A stretch of DNA of 64,000 nt. It comes from Atractiella rhizophila (Eukaryota). The stretch covers positions 1 through 64,000 of the forward strand of contig MU271334.1 of assembly GCA_021432655.1 (NCBI GenBank). The letters run 5' to 3'. A model generated the notes under the pieces. That model saw nothing but the letters and a program-made list of their open reading frames with translations. It had not been told where the DNA came from and ran no database searches. A program made the position numbers and the translations under genes. This document shows, piece by piece, positions 39,002 through 52,372 of this stretch. Position 1 is the first letter of the stretch. Every line of letters begins with the position of its first letter.

Positions 39002-40245
39002 TCAGGAAGCATTCCACTCAACTTTTAACACGACTCTCTCCATTCCCCCCGTCCCGCTACTCCACACTTTCTCCACCTCACCCTTCCGCTCCTCCACCCT
39101 CTTTCTGAACTCCCATTCGCCAACTCCTCCTTCCATTCCAAAATACACACTCTTGCACGCCACATAAACCCTGCTTGTCGGGTCTGAGTGATGCTCCATC
39201 ACATCTATGAGGGAAGGAAGGGAATGTAACGCATAAATCGTCTCAGACGTAAGAATGTGTGTGAACTTTGCATCTGCAAGAGAAAGGGAAGAAGAGAAAG
39301 ACGACCAGGGACCAGAGAAGAAGCGGAGTACAATGCGACGTTTGTACAGATGTGATGTGAATGCCTCAATGAGTTCAGAAGTGATCGGAACCTCATTCGA
39401 GTTCAGAGCTTGTGCGTCCGTGTGCTGAAGGTATGTGAGAAGGAGATTTGGAAGTGTGATGAGCTCCAGAACTGTGTCACTGATGTTGGACCAGGTTCGG
39501 CGACACACATCGAAGAGCCCAGCGCACCTTCAGCATTATAATCCTGCAGAAAAATTTCACTCTGCGCAGAGACTTTCCCCTCTGCTGTCTCCTCCAGCAG
39601 TTTGCTGAGCGCCCAACAAGCAGGCAGAGCGGAGCCGCATCCAAGCTATCCAGGCAAAACAACGAAATCAAGCTCCGTTTGTTCGTCACAAATACAAAAT
39701 CCGGGAGCGTACCTCCAGAATCCTCTTTCCGTTCATCGTCCAGGTCTTCTCTCTTTCCGCCATCTCCTGTAAACAAACGACTAAATCGACACCTCCTTCC
39801 CAAGTTTTCAACCCTCCTTCGTAGACACCCTGGACGAGGTCACTCTGCTCGCTCAGCTCCAACAATTGTTCCGTCCCAGTCTCCTTTCCTTCATTTCCTT
39901 CGTCGAGAATGGAGCTGGAAGATCGTACTTGAAACTTCGCGTCATAAAGATCGCGCCGGAAGAGAGAGATGTCGGCAACTGGAGAGAATGAGATGACAGG
40001 TGGAAGGGTAGACAGCTATCTTCACTTCATCAGCTCTCGACGAGATGTGAAAGAGTTATGCTCACAAGATCGGAAAGGGAATGCTCTAAGAAAGGACGCT
40101 TAATTTCGCTGGAGCCCATGGATATATCATCGGGATGTGAAGACGATGGAAGAGATGCAACTATCTCCCCAGTGGCAGGATCGTCCATTTCATCCAGAGC
40201 ATCAGATAGTGACGACATATCGAAGTTGAATTTGAACACTATCAT
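39002..40245 (-). CDS. HPM1: Histidine protein methyltransferase, Hpm1/METTL18-like
   Basis: FKFNF N-terminus, RRDLYD, SDLVQGVYEGGLKTWE, ILE|LGCGSALP, ILTSETIY, ACKSVYFGMEGGV; start codon uncertain. Confidence 0.8.
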
Positions 40246-41327
40246 AAACGTTAGGACGAGTGCTCGTTACAGGTGTGAAAGATTAGGTACAAGGTCATCT
40301 CTATTTTCCAGGAAATAGTCACTATTACTCTGCCTCAAAAATCCAGGCAAAGTGCACGCACTAAGTGATCGCCCAATCTCCATCCTTATTTGCCATTTGC
40401 GTCATCAAAAACAAGTGCTCTTTCAATTTATGCAGCGCTCTCTGCTGCAGTGTCTCTCCAAAGCTTATTCAAATGCAATATTGCTGTTGTGAGCCAAATC
40501 TTAAAGGTCTCGAAAATGGTTACTGAAAATATGAATAATCACGGGCACCACTCCCGCTTCATCAGTTATACCAGACGGTTGGGATATTCAATAGCTTTAT
40601 TCCAGGATGTGCAGTCAGGACGTTGTATCAGTGGACACGGATCGAAGAGATGCGACAGCAACGCTCATCCTGAGGATGAAAAACTTTCATGGGCAAGCTT
40701 GAGGAAACTCACTCGTTGCCGTTGTCAAAGGGTCTTCTACCAATAAATCAGTTCAATCGCTCAAAGTGCTCTCTCTGCTGCCAAAAGTAACCAGGATTCT
40801 GAAGGAACTATGAGGCTTTAAACATTGATGATCTTTGCTGCAAATATCCATCTATTCATCCGAAACAGGCAACTCAATGGCGCACGGCTTGCCTTCAAGT
40901 TATATACTCTCCACCGTTATAACAATGCTCCAGTTGCCATTTGATATTCAGGAAGGCAGGGATTTACAATGCCTAGAGCAAAGCCAATGTATAAGTGAGC
41001 TCATCGCGTTTCTCCACCAAGACTATCACGCGACTTGAAAGCTTGCAGCTGAGTGAGGTGGTATTGACGGCCTCGTTCTCCTGACTACGAATATTCCCAG
41101 ACGTTCAATGGAGTAGAGAGAAATAGTAATTTCTCTTCATTGGAAAACAAATTAGGATGCATGCATAGCTGTTAGACAGTATGGGTACATGACAACAGAT
41201 CTGAATAAATGAAGCGACTTAAGTCTTTGATTGAGAGTGAATTTGTAAGTTCGTTGAGCTTGAGCTTCAGTGAAACTGGAATATAACCTCTGCAACCCAA
41301 CATTTGGTATTACTGGAAAGAATAAAT

Positions 41328-41805
41328 TTATCTGTTCAAAGCTTGATTTTGTGGAGCTGGGTTTGCCAAAGCGACTCCTATAACCCTTCCGTCTACAATT
41401 TATCAGTATTACCTTCTTTCAGGGTTAACTAGGTCTTACTCTGTCCCCCGCTCCTCTTAGATAAAAATGGAGTGGAGCAATGGGAAGCTTACCAGTCTAA
41501 ATCCATTCATTCCCGCAACAGCGGCCTGAGCATGATCAGGTTCCCTGTACCTAGATCATCATCCATCAGGAATACCCCTATTATGTAACAGTAAAGACTA
41601 ACGTAGCGAAGGCAAACCCACGAGACTTTCCCGTCTCTTTGTCCATCATAACCACTAAATCGCGCAGAGGGCCAAATTGAATGAACTTTTCCCGCAGAAG
41701 TTCTTGTGTCGTTTCGTAAGAAATATTGCCGATCCAGACTTTGGTTTGTGCCCTAAGAACAACAGTCATTCGTCCCGCTACCCTCCATAAAAGATGCACC
41801 GACAT
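41328..41805 (-). CDS. Small single-RRM RNA-binding protein
   Basis: RNP2 KVWIGNI, RNP1 KSRGFAFAT, AVAGMNGFRL|N|GRVIGVALA; needs a micro-exon near 41440. Confidence 0.8.
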
Positions 41806-42478
41806 TTTGTTCCCGAAGTCAATGCACAGATTTTCTTTTAGATGGTACGTATGCTATGAGAATAGGGAGAGAAGGAGTGTAATGAGGAGGCCAACGAGCA
41901 ATATAAGAGCGCTGGAAGATGGCGTTGGGTCTTTATTATTTAGCCCTCGAATCCTAGAATACGCCACGAGTACCACAATCTTCCAGTAGCACTATAGTGG
42001 TTGATGATTCCATGCCCAAAGACAGGACGTGCGGAGTGACCACTCTTTTGAGGAACTAAGTTCGAGGCTTTCTTTGAGACTGGTCACGACCTTCCATTTT
42101 GACCTTGAAAGACGAAGATCACTTCGACAACCCCTATCCACGCTGACCTACAGTCTTGGAATTCTCAGATGGAGAAGCATCGGAAGACGTGCCCCTGGTC
42201 GGAGATGGCGCCTCCAGATCATCTTTCCAGGACAAACTTTAAGAACAAAGGGATCTCGAAATTTGCGGTTGTTGAAACCGTTCTGTACATGCGCTTGATG
42301 GAGAACTCTCGTGACAATCTCATGGGTCTCCATCTCATGTGTGCATTGTTGTTCTTTTGTTCCTGATTGGGATTGAGACTCCCTCTTCTTTGGGTCCAAT
42401 TTACCCAGAAAGTTTACTGCACCAAACATTCGCGCCACAATTTCTCACAGCTGAACTTTTACGTTTCAGCCTGAAATC

Positions 42479-43286
42479 CTACAGCTCTTTTCGTTTAGAT
42501 CCAAGGGGATTCTGCACATGTGAATGGTTTCCTTTCAGCTCTCCTTCTTCAACTTCCGGAAGAATTTCTTGCTCCGACTCCTCTTCCTCACGGTAATCCT
42601 CGAGCTCGTCTGCCTCGTCTTCTTCCTCTCCTTCGCCCTCTTCCTCCCTCCCAGGATCAAGCCCTGCAGCTGCCCTCTCCTTTCGTTTCCGTTTACGTGC
42701 TTTGGCCGCTTTTTGTTTCCGCTTCTTTTCGTTTTTCCTGTCCAACTTTGATTGCCCAGGATTATAAAGTTGGTCGAGCTGTCAATTTGTTTGGATAATC
42801 AGTTATCATGCCCATGTGAGAAGATCAGGCGAGAATGGACGGCGCGGCGCACCTTGTCAACCAACATTTTCCTGGCAATGTGACGATTGATTTCTTGAGA
42901 ACGCGTCTGGTGGCATTTAACCCTGATGCCTGTCGGTTTGTGGATGAGAGAAATCTGACGTTCACGTCAGCAAATGCAACGACTCTACCGATGGCTGAAC
43001 ACACGCAGTTATTTCTCTTATTTGTTGCTCTACGACACCTGTCAGTTCAGAACTAGCTCGACGCGGATGCGTACTGTCCTCCAGGACCCCAACCACGGAT
43101 AAAAGTCTCCTCTAGGTCCTTCTCATCGATGACAGGACGGTTGTGTGGCCCTTTGGTGGCCGGCTTTTCAACGGACGAAGAGGTGGAATATGATGAACGC
43201 AGAATTAAGACGAGCGATTGAAGGTGTGCGCGTTGGGGAGGAATGTTGAACGAACGGAGACACTGTAGAGAATGCTGTATTCGCAT
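42479..43286 (-). CDS. Mitochondrial RF-1-domain peptidyl-tRNA hydrolase / rescue factor (C12orf65/MTRFR-like)
   Basis: Mitochondrial-type presequence, DEKDLEETFIRGWGPGGQ (GGQ motif), downstream CHQTRSQEINRHIAR, Lys/Arg-rich then acidic tail. Confidence 0.75.
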
Positions 43287-43626
43287 GCTTTCCTCGACCT
43301 CGGAAATGATTAAGTTTATTGCTGAACTCGCAGCTTGAAACTTGAAGGTGGCTGTCGTCGTGTGGTGTGTGTTTCTTTCCTGAGACTCCACAAAAGAACG
43401 TTCACGTGCTCTTTGGAACTCTACTTCCTTTTTCTCTCCAACTTTCTATCAACTCTCAAAGCTAAATCTTAAGAGACTCGAGAGAACCTTGCTCAATAGA
43501 GTTACATCAAGAATTCGATAAATTTCATCTAAAGAGTACAAACAAGCATCGTCATTTCACAAGCTCAAGCGCACATCTTTGGGCTTGAGTTGATATACAG
43601 CAACGCTCGCCTCGACATTTGAGGTT

Positions 43627-46305
43627 TTAAGCGCCATTCACACCCGCCGCCTTCTCCGACAACGTGAGCTTGGTCAGGTCGGCATCCTCCATGCTCTCCA
43701 GGATCTTGGTCACCTTTCCGATCGCTATTGTCTTGCCTTCATCTCGAAGGGTGAAGCGTCCAAGCTGAGGATGATCCTCGAATCTATAACACGTTCAGGT
43801 TAAGGAATATAAGGCGTGGAAGTAAATGCGCACTTTTCGATACATACGGGTGCCGTCGTCTCGATCAGAGCGAGGATTCGATGACCCGTCTTTGCGAATT
43901 GGGGTGGGGTTTTCTTCCACTTTCCGACCTTACGGTCGAAAATTCTTAGCAGACCCTATCAACAATCGTCCATCAACCACTGGTTCTCCACGACCGACAC
44001 CTAAACAAAGCGCAGATTCGGACGTACCGAAAGCGACACCTCCTCAGCGAGCGTGTGGACATGCATGACCGCTCCGTACCCCGCGGTGATGATGTTCTTG
44101 TGTTCGAGGATGGCGAGTTGGGCCTCGAACGCGCGTGCGACCTTGACGGGATGTGCGGCGTCCGTGAGCACGAAACCGACGGATACCATGTCGTCGTCGT
44201 CTACGCCCTTCAGTCGGACTCGCACGTTGTCGCCGGAGAGAGCGAGCGGGATCTCCTCTTCCATCTCGTTATAGATGGCTTGCACTTCCACTGGAGTCTA
44301 TCACATCACAGGGTACCACTTTAAATGGATTCATGCGATCGGGAGGGGCAGCATTGCGTATACGTACCTTGTTAGGCATAAGGACAAGCGAATCACCCTT
44401 CTTGATTCGCCCAGACTCGACCTTCCCAACGACAATCGTACCCATATCCCTATACTTCTCCGAGACGGGCATCATGAGCGGAGCATCGAGTTTACGATCC
44501 GAGATAGGCATCTCATCGAGGTACTCAAGAAGTGACGGTCCCCTAAACTTCCGTCAACTCAATCCAAGAAGAACAAGCAATCAGACGCACGACCACCAAG
44601 GAGCGACTCCTGGCGCTAAACGCTCCTTCAAATTGGCACCGGTGAATCCGGAGACGGGAATGAAAAAGACGTCAGTTTTGGGATTGAAACCCGTCATCTT
44701 GAGGAAAGGAGTAAGTTTGTTCACGATTTCATCGTATCTATCCACCCGATAAGTCCGTCAGCTCGTCTAATCTCACCCCTCCCTTCATAGTATGTGTCCA
44801 AAGGGAAATGATGACATACCGCGCCTTATCCCACCCCACCGTGCTCTCATCCATCTTATTGATAACAACGACCAACTTTCCCACACCAGCAGTCTTAACA
44901 AGCATCGCATGCTCTCTCGTCTGCCCTCCCTTCTCGAACCCTCCCTCAAACTCTCCCTTCCGTGCGCTGATGACGAGGATACCCACGTCCGCTTGGGCGG
45001 CTCCCGAGATCATCGACGGCACATAGTTCTTGTGCCCTGGTGCGTCCAGAATGGTGTATCTCCGCTTGTCGGTCTCAAAGTAGGCGCGGCCGACTTCGAC
45101 TGTGATACCCTACACGAAAGGAGGCGTCAGTGGGGACGACGGAATGATGTTTCAATTGATGGAATGCAACGGAGGACACAGGCAAACAAAAGTTTCAGTT
45201 GATCTGGCGGAGGGATCGATACAAATCCGTTGAGAGATACAACATCTGATCCAAGTGTTGATGAAGATGAAATGAAAAGGAAGAGCATCAGACACTCTTC
45301 TGCAAACGCGTCTTTCGAATGCGAACGAAGGCCCCAAAAAGCCGGCCGGCCCCCAAAAACCCGCAAACAAAGAAAAAAAGTTGGCCTTAACGAAACAACC
45401 AAACAACAAAGCAAAACAATGAGCAGCTCTCACGAAGCGATCGATGATCTAAGCGATCTGAGAACGCTATCGCATGATGAAGTGCAGTTGCTTAAACAAT
45501 GCTGGAGAAACATAACTGCAACAAGGCAGGCGTATTCCAATACCTCTCTTTCTGTAAACTGCGAAATGTGTGCACTCGATCTCTCATCGAAACAGTTCCT
45601 CTCGAAAGCAGAAAAAATTCCCAGCAGTAAACAGAAAGAAAAACACACCTTCATCCTCTCCTGATTCGTACTATCCAACGCCCAACTAAGATACCAACTC
45701 TCCCTACCCTTCTCCTTCGCCTCCTTCTCAAACTTCTCCATCGTCCTCTTATCCACCATTCCCGTCAAATACAACAAGTTCCCACCCATCGTACTCTTTC
45801 CCGCATCCACATGTCCAATAAACACGATATTGAGGTGAGATTTCGCATTGACCGATTTCGAAGCGAACAACTCGCTATACTCCTGCGACGACAAAGCCGT
45901 CGACGCCTCCTGCAACACCAAATCCGCCGTCTTGACCTCTCCAATAGCCGCAGTCGGAGTCGACGACGCCGCCTTCTTCGACGAAGAAGCGACCGGCGGA
46001 GGCTTCGGCACCTCGTCCTTCTCTTTCTTCTTGGGTGTCCCAGGTCTCGGAGTCGACGGCGCAGAATTGTCGAGGGATATGGATATGGGTTTCGGCGCCG
46101 GCTTCTCCTCTTCTTCCTCTCGCTGCTCGTCCACGGCCTTCTCCCAGTCGTCCACTTCCGCTTCTGTTGGCGGAGGCTGAGGCTGAGGCTGCGAAGGCGG
46201 TGGCTGGATGGGCTGAGATGGTGCGGGAGGCGGACGGAAGGATTGGCCAGGAACGAAGGATGGGGCGGAGGCACGGGGGACGAAGGAGGAGGCGTTCGGG
46301 TTCAT
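43627..46305 (-). CDS. SUP35: Eukaryotic release factor 3 (GTPase)
   Basis: PAM2-like MNPNASSFVP, IGHVDAGKST, RESWYLSWALD, GITVEVGRAYFET, LDAPGHK, NKMD, LGRFTLRDEGKTIAIGKV. Confidence 0.96.
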
Positions 46306-46555
46306 CGTGGCAGAAAAAGGCAGAGGCGACAGAGGATAAAGATGGGAAGGGAAAGATAAAGATGAGATGGTGGCGAAAAGTGTGAGCCTCTGATCAGACG
46401 CAGACTACAAATCTGATCGAGATCACTTGGTAGTTATTTTTTATTATTCACTTCTTTTCTTCACCTACTCACCTACAGTAAAGTAGGCAGGATAGCTTAT
46501 GGTATGTCCAAAGACTGAGTTCAAACAGTAAACTGATCTGTGAGCATAGCAAAGC

Positions 46556-47429
46556 ATGTCGCAAGAAAACCCAGAAGGCAAGAGCCTGAAGCGCTCACGT
46601 TCATTCAAAGAAGGAGAAGGCGACGGCACACGAGGGAGGGGTAGAGGTCGCGGTCGTGGGCGAGGAGGAGGACGTGGTCGTGGCCGGGGAGTAGGAGAGG
46701 GAGTGGAGGGTTCATCTGCCAAACGGCGGAACATGGAAGAGGACATGATCGATCCGTCCCTCACTGGTTCTTCGTCCCACCATGTTCTTGGTCCATCACC
46801 CGTCCCCAATGCATCCTCAACCTCCATTCCGTGTCCCAACCCCAAACATAATGCTCCAGGTCGAGAATTGACCGCTTGGGACCTTTCGAAGCCTACGAGC
46901 GCACACTATGTCCTTCCCATTAGGAAACCTGTCAAATTGCTCCTTCCCAGCTTTTATTCGTCGCATGAAGATCATGGCGTGAAAGAGTTGATAATTAAGC
47001 CGGGACAGGACGTATATCACGTCGTTTGGGCATTTTATAGGGAATACGTGGATCCGAATGGAGAGGAGTACGTGAGAGCGAAGAATTATACTGTTGAGCC
47101 AGGAGGTTTACAAGTGAGGCTTATTTTCTCTTCTCTCTTTTCCATTCAATTCCGCCTTACATGCGTAGCTCATGCCGTCTTGATGATGGAACCAGGTCAA
47201 GTGCAGACGATCAGACTTTCTAGGCACCCAACCATGGTGCAACGGCTTCGACCTCTCGTCCTCAGAAGACGACGAGCCCAAAGTGCGGATGGTGGTCTGG
47301 GACGACTTCCTGCGGACCGAATGGGGATTGAAGGGCACGCCTTCGCGATGGGAGAGGATGGGGAGATGGAGGAATGTGGAGGGGGTGAAACAGTTTTGGG
47401 GGGCGGATGCGAGACCTGTTATGCAGTGA
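46556..47429 (+). CDS. Hypothetical protein with N-terminal RG/RGG repeat; one intron (~47114-47195)
   Basis: GTRGRGRGRGRGRGGGRGRGRG; a plausible GT..AG splice gives a Trp-rich second exon ending ...ARPVMQ*. Family not recognised. Confidence 0.55.
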
Positions 47430-47518
47430 AGATACCTTGTTGTCATCTCATCTCATCTCATCTACAGCTGGAGCTGGAACAATTAAGGAGGAGAGGAAGC
47501 CTCGATGTATTGTTGTTC

Positions 47519-47999
47519 TTATGAGGATGATGATTGCAGCTTATCGACTTCTGAAGGCGTCCGCGTCTTCAATACCAGAGCATGCAGTCCTTGATCGAAC
47601 TCTTCCTTCAGAGCATTATTGATCATCCTGTGCCGCTGAATCGTTTTCTGCTCTCAGTTTATCAAAACAAGCTCATGCAGAAATCTTAGACTGCAGAACT
47701 CACCACTCCCTCAAACTTGGAGCTGACGACCTCCACACTGAAATGCGTCTCTGTAACCTCCTCTCCCGCCTCCGCTCTCTCCTTCATCGATCTGTGGTGC
47801 CTATGCAGGTGGGAATCGTTCGTAATGAGGAGAGAGGTAGGTTCCAAGGTGCTAGTCAGCTTGCCACACAAATTCATGTGAGTTTGGAAGACCCCTCGGA
47901 AGGATAGGTAGAGGCTCGTTTCACCTTGGAGCGAATAGAGGCTTCGATCGACATCCTACGAAGGGATAGGGAGAAGAAACGAACAGGGAAGAAACGCAT
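47519..47999 (-). CDS. BolA-like protein (mitochondrial Bol1 type)
   Basis: LLITNDSHLHRHH, ETHFSVEVVSSKFEG, IQRHRMINNALKEEFDQGLHAL; two introns. Confidence 0.9.
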
Positions 48000-48212
48000 T
48001 GGTTGTTTTGGTATTGAGGCGGTCGGATAAAGTGAGGCATTGTGTATTGTGCTCTCTCCATTATGCCTACCTCCTTTTCCAGCGCAGATATGTATTTGAT
48101 CCTTAGTGCAAAGGCTGCTATAGCCTTACGAATCACGGATAACTTATATGTTGCAATAACTAAACAATAAGAGTGAAAGACAGTGTAAGGGAAGAGGGTA
48201 ATTGAGTAAGAT

Positions 48213-51200
48213 CTAAGCCCGCTTGATGGTGATAGTCTAGAGCACATTCAGCACATCATTTTCATTCGAAGGAAGGAGAGCCTACGGTGGAGGCCCAACT
48301 CTCGTAGTCGTCGTTGTTCTCAGGGTTACCATTGATCTTGAGAGCCCTTGAAAATATACTGTCAGCCAAAAATGATAAATCTGTACTCAGACGCACCGGA
48401 AGTAGAGCTTGTAACTTCCATTCTCAGCATCGACTGAGCTGACACCGTCAGGCGAAACCGTTCCGTCCCAAGTAAAGACGTTCTCGTAGTTGCCATCGGT
48501 GGGATCAGTGAGACTGCCAACATGCTAAGTCATCTGCCGATTGACGGAAGTACCCGTACCTGTTTCGTGGCCAGTATTCTCCGTTCCAGATGTTTCCAAG
48601 GATGGGTACGTCGTCGTAAGCCGCCCTCTTCACAATCGTGTTCACATCCGACGCCGCAACTTCGTGAGCTTCCTTGGCAGAAGCGACCTTGGGAGCAGTC
48701 GAAGCTTTGAGGTATGGGTCCTAACACAGCATGAGCGAGTTTCAAAAAGAGCTGTAAAAGAAGACGGACAGCAACGGTGGTAGGTACGGATTGGGAAGCT
48801 GGGATGAGGTCGATGGTGAAGCGAGCCGTGCCCACTTCAAACGACATTGGTCAGTGCGTGAGATGTGCAAAGAAAATCGTACTGGCGAGACGGAAGATAA
48901 TGCTGGGGAAGCTATTTCCGCTCAGTGTGTACGCTGTAAAGAATCGCGAGTAAGCGCAGAACTTCATCCAGCGCGTGTACTCACTATGGCCGCCAACTTG
49001 AACGTCGCCTCCCCCAACAGGTCCGTCATTGGGATTGCCCGCTGTCCAGATAAACCTACTCGATGGTTTAAGGGGCGGATAATGAAGTGGGAGAAAGCGC
49101 ACGGCATGGGGACGCCTTCAGCTGCAGTGCCATAATCCATGACAGAGGTGTCATAGAGAGATCCAGCAACTCCGAAGTAGGGAACTTTGAGCACTTCGGA
49201 ACCAGAGGTGAAGACCACAAATCCGGAATAGACGGGATAACGAGCGCTGTCAGCAGGTTTGTTGATTTTGATCTATTCACATTGATAATTCAATACCTCC
49301 ACTGCAAGAATAGGTCACTCTTACCGTGATGGATGCTTCACCAACAGCAGGAACTGTGATTCTGTTGTGGGAAAGGGAGATAGTAGCAGCGACACTAGTG
49401 GAATGTTCTGGGGAGATTGACGGGTACAAATTTTCTCCTTCGTCGTAGAGGAAAGGAGCGGCAGCTGCAACGTGAGTGATGGTATAAGTCTTCTGTGAGC
49501 TTCCAAGATTAGTCAACTTCACGGTCTGCGACCCTTTATAATGCTGGGAATCGTTGAGATAGAGAGCATAAGGTTCGATGAGGGTCTTAGTGTCAACGGC
49601 GGCGGCGACATTGATGATTCCTGAGTACAGTATCATCATCAGAATTTGCACGACGCATGAAAAGGGTTGGCAAACCAGATCCAGTTCTAACAACGGGCGA
49701 AAGAACCTTCGGAGCGTCAGCGCTCAGGTACTGCCAACTGGCTGAAGTGCTAAACAAGCTTTTGATCTGGACTGGAGACAGGCCTTCGTTTTTCCGAGCT
49801 GAGAGCCACAACGCGGCAGAACCTCCAACCTGTGGACAAGCCATACTGTCGCCAAATCAGTCATGATGCTGCAATTCCTCGAAAAAACGCTTGCCTTGTT
49901 CCAGAGATAACCTGACGCATCACCTCGTCAAGACTTCCTTCGCCGGAATGCTAAGAACTGGCTTACGCTGTAGTCTCCTGCCCAAAGGGGATAGGTTGAG
50001 AGATAATTCTGCAAACATCGATCAGAAGAGGGCTTGCTAACGGCTGCTGTGACTTACGCCACCAACTCCCGCAAAGCTTGGTTGTTGATACATGTCATTG
50101 GTAGGACCGTAAGTGGTGAAAGAGCTAGCGTATCCAGCTCCAACGTTGGGAATTATCTCGACATCTTTGCCAAAAGTAAGCACAGTCTTCTTGTTCTCCC
50201 TGAAACGTCTTCTCAGGTAATCTCCGGTTTCCTGATGCAGTGTGAGAAAAGTGCAGAACCAACGTTGAAGTTACGTACAGTGTCAGTAAGAGCAGAAAAC
50301 TCAGCTCCGTAATCGAAACCCAAAAAGACAGTAGAGCCACCATTGTTGGCGATGAGAATCTGTGATCCTGTCAGGTATAATCATCACAGAGCAATATCGC
50401 TGACATATTTAGCACCTGTAAATGTATTAGTGAAAGGTATAACTGAAAGGAAAGAAACTTGCCAGCATCGGTTGCAAATTTGATCTTATCGACAAAAGGA
50501 CAAGAGCCCCTACGAATGACAACGACCGTCTTTTCGGCCTTGAACCCAGCGGGGAGCGTGAAAGCGGCGCAACCATCCGCTGCTGGCGCTTCTTCCGTGC
50601 TCGTGGCATAGACAGAAAGGCCTGACGCATCCCAGGCGTTCCCGCTGAAGTAGTTTCCTGCAGAAACAGGTAAGAAATGACCATGAGTAGAGCAGACTAT
50701 GTACCAATCTTGCCAGTGCTCATGGTAAATTTCCTTTCAAAAATTTCGAGAGAGTTGATGGACGCGATGCTCCAGACGTTGATACCATTTGCAGCGCCGC
50801 TGGAGTAGAAAAGACCCTCAACACCGTCATTTCCTGGAAGCATTGTTTGTAAATTTCATTCTGCAAATACTCCATAGCATTCGACTTACCAGCAGAAATG
50901 GTAGTGATGCGTCCAAGTGCATTAATTCTGTCAGCAACGACGGACCCAGCGTCCTCCGTCTATGACACGGTCAGACAAGAAAATGAAGAATGCAAGCGAT
51001 TCACCCATCCTGATGCTCCTCCAACCGACATAGTGATGACATTTGCCCCATCTTCAAAAGCTTGAATCTATTACGCAGTGTCAACGATTTGCCTAAGCGT
51101 TGAAGATGAACACGCGTACAAATGCCTGGATGATCAAAGCAGTACTCGTGAAACCTCCTTGGCAACCAAAGATACGATACCTGAAAACAACCATTACATA

Positions 51201-52372
51201 CGAGCATCTTACCTGGCGCGAAAGAGAAAGGCTTGCATCCCGAGTTCAGCGTAAGGAGCGATACCAGTGAAGTTCAGCGGGTTGTTTGCGTTCCAATCAG
51301 CACCAACGATACCAGCTACGTGAGTTCCTGATGACAAAACGAAACACGAGTTAAGGAAAGCATGCGACAAAAGCAAAGTATGTACCATGAATGTTGCAGG
51401 GATCATACGGATCCTTATCAACGACACTGGCCAGACCTGTTTGAAGGTCGAGCAGATTGTAAAGGGTTAGCTTACGGGGGAAGTCCGCCACCGTAATCGT
51501 CACCAACCTATGCTCGTTTCGTCAGCCAGAGGAGTGGACATGGTATTGTAGGACGCACCAAATCCAGACCAAATGTGACCTTGCAGCCGGGTCCAAAACA
51601 TCCTCCGAGCTGTGGATGGCATGGGTCAAGCGCTCATGGTCCAACAAAAAAAAATACCGCGGGATGGTGGTAGTCAATACCTGACACGAACGATCAACAC
51701 AGTTTGGTACAGTTGGGAAATGTGAAACCAACCAGTATCAACGATGGCGACTTTAACGCCTTTTCCGAGGATACCTTGCTCGTGAAGCTTGTCGGCACCG
51801 ACCTGAACGTGAGGCGCGAACTTGTCGTTCTTGTAAACAGAGGCAGGAGGGGGTTTGTAAGCCCTCTTCTTCAGCATGGCGTTCTCCGCCAACCTGTGAT
51901 GGCGCTTCTTATTCTTGTTATCATAATGATGCTTTCGCGACTCATAGTCGTGAGGGGTGTAGTACCGCACAGGCCAGACTTTCTTGACTGCGAATAAATG
52001 TTAGGATTTGAGGCTGTGTGGAAAGAATGGAGAAAAGGGAAGATACGCACCTCCGTCGAGTGATGAAATCTCAGCCTGGGTCACGCCATCACCGAACGAA
52101 ATGGAAGCGCCATGGAAGAGCTTGTCATTATCATACTCCTGCTCGACCTCAAACTGGGTTCCTCTCTTCGAAAGATGGTCATAGAACCTCTTATGCTGGA
52201 CCTTCCTCGCATTCGCACTGGCCACCTGGATCGTTTGGTCTGCGCTCGTATCCTTCGCGAGTTCGACGATGTAGGTGTTTCTCGCCCAGTTGGGTTTTCC
52301 CAATTGGATGGCTTGGGAGGTAGAAATGAGAGTGGATACTAAAGAGAGTATGGTCGTCGTTTGGACCAACAT
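48213..52372 (-). CDS. Secreted S8 subtilase with PA domain, paralog B (close paralog of 20126-24204)
   Basis: Near-identical N-terminus MLVQTTTILSLV, VAIVDTG, HGTHVAGI, SGTSMACPQVGGSAAL, LKVPYFG; C-terminus TITIKRA*. Confidence 0.92.

Noticed and set aside
45850..46305. Q/N-rich prion domain in eRF3
   Set aside because: The N-terminus is Pro/Ser/Glu-rich with PAM2-like motifs, with no Q/N tract or oligopeptide repeats.
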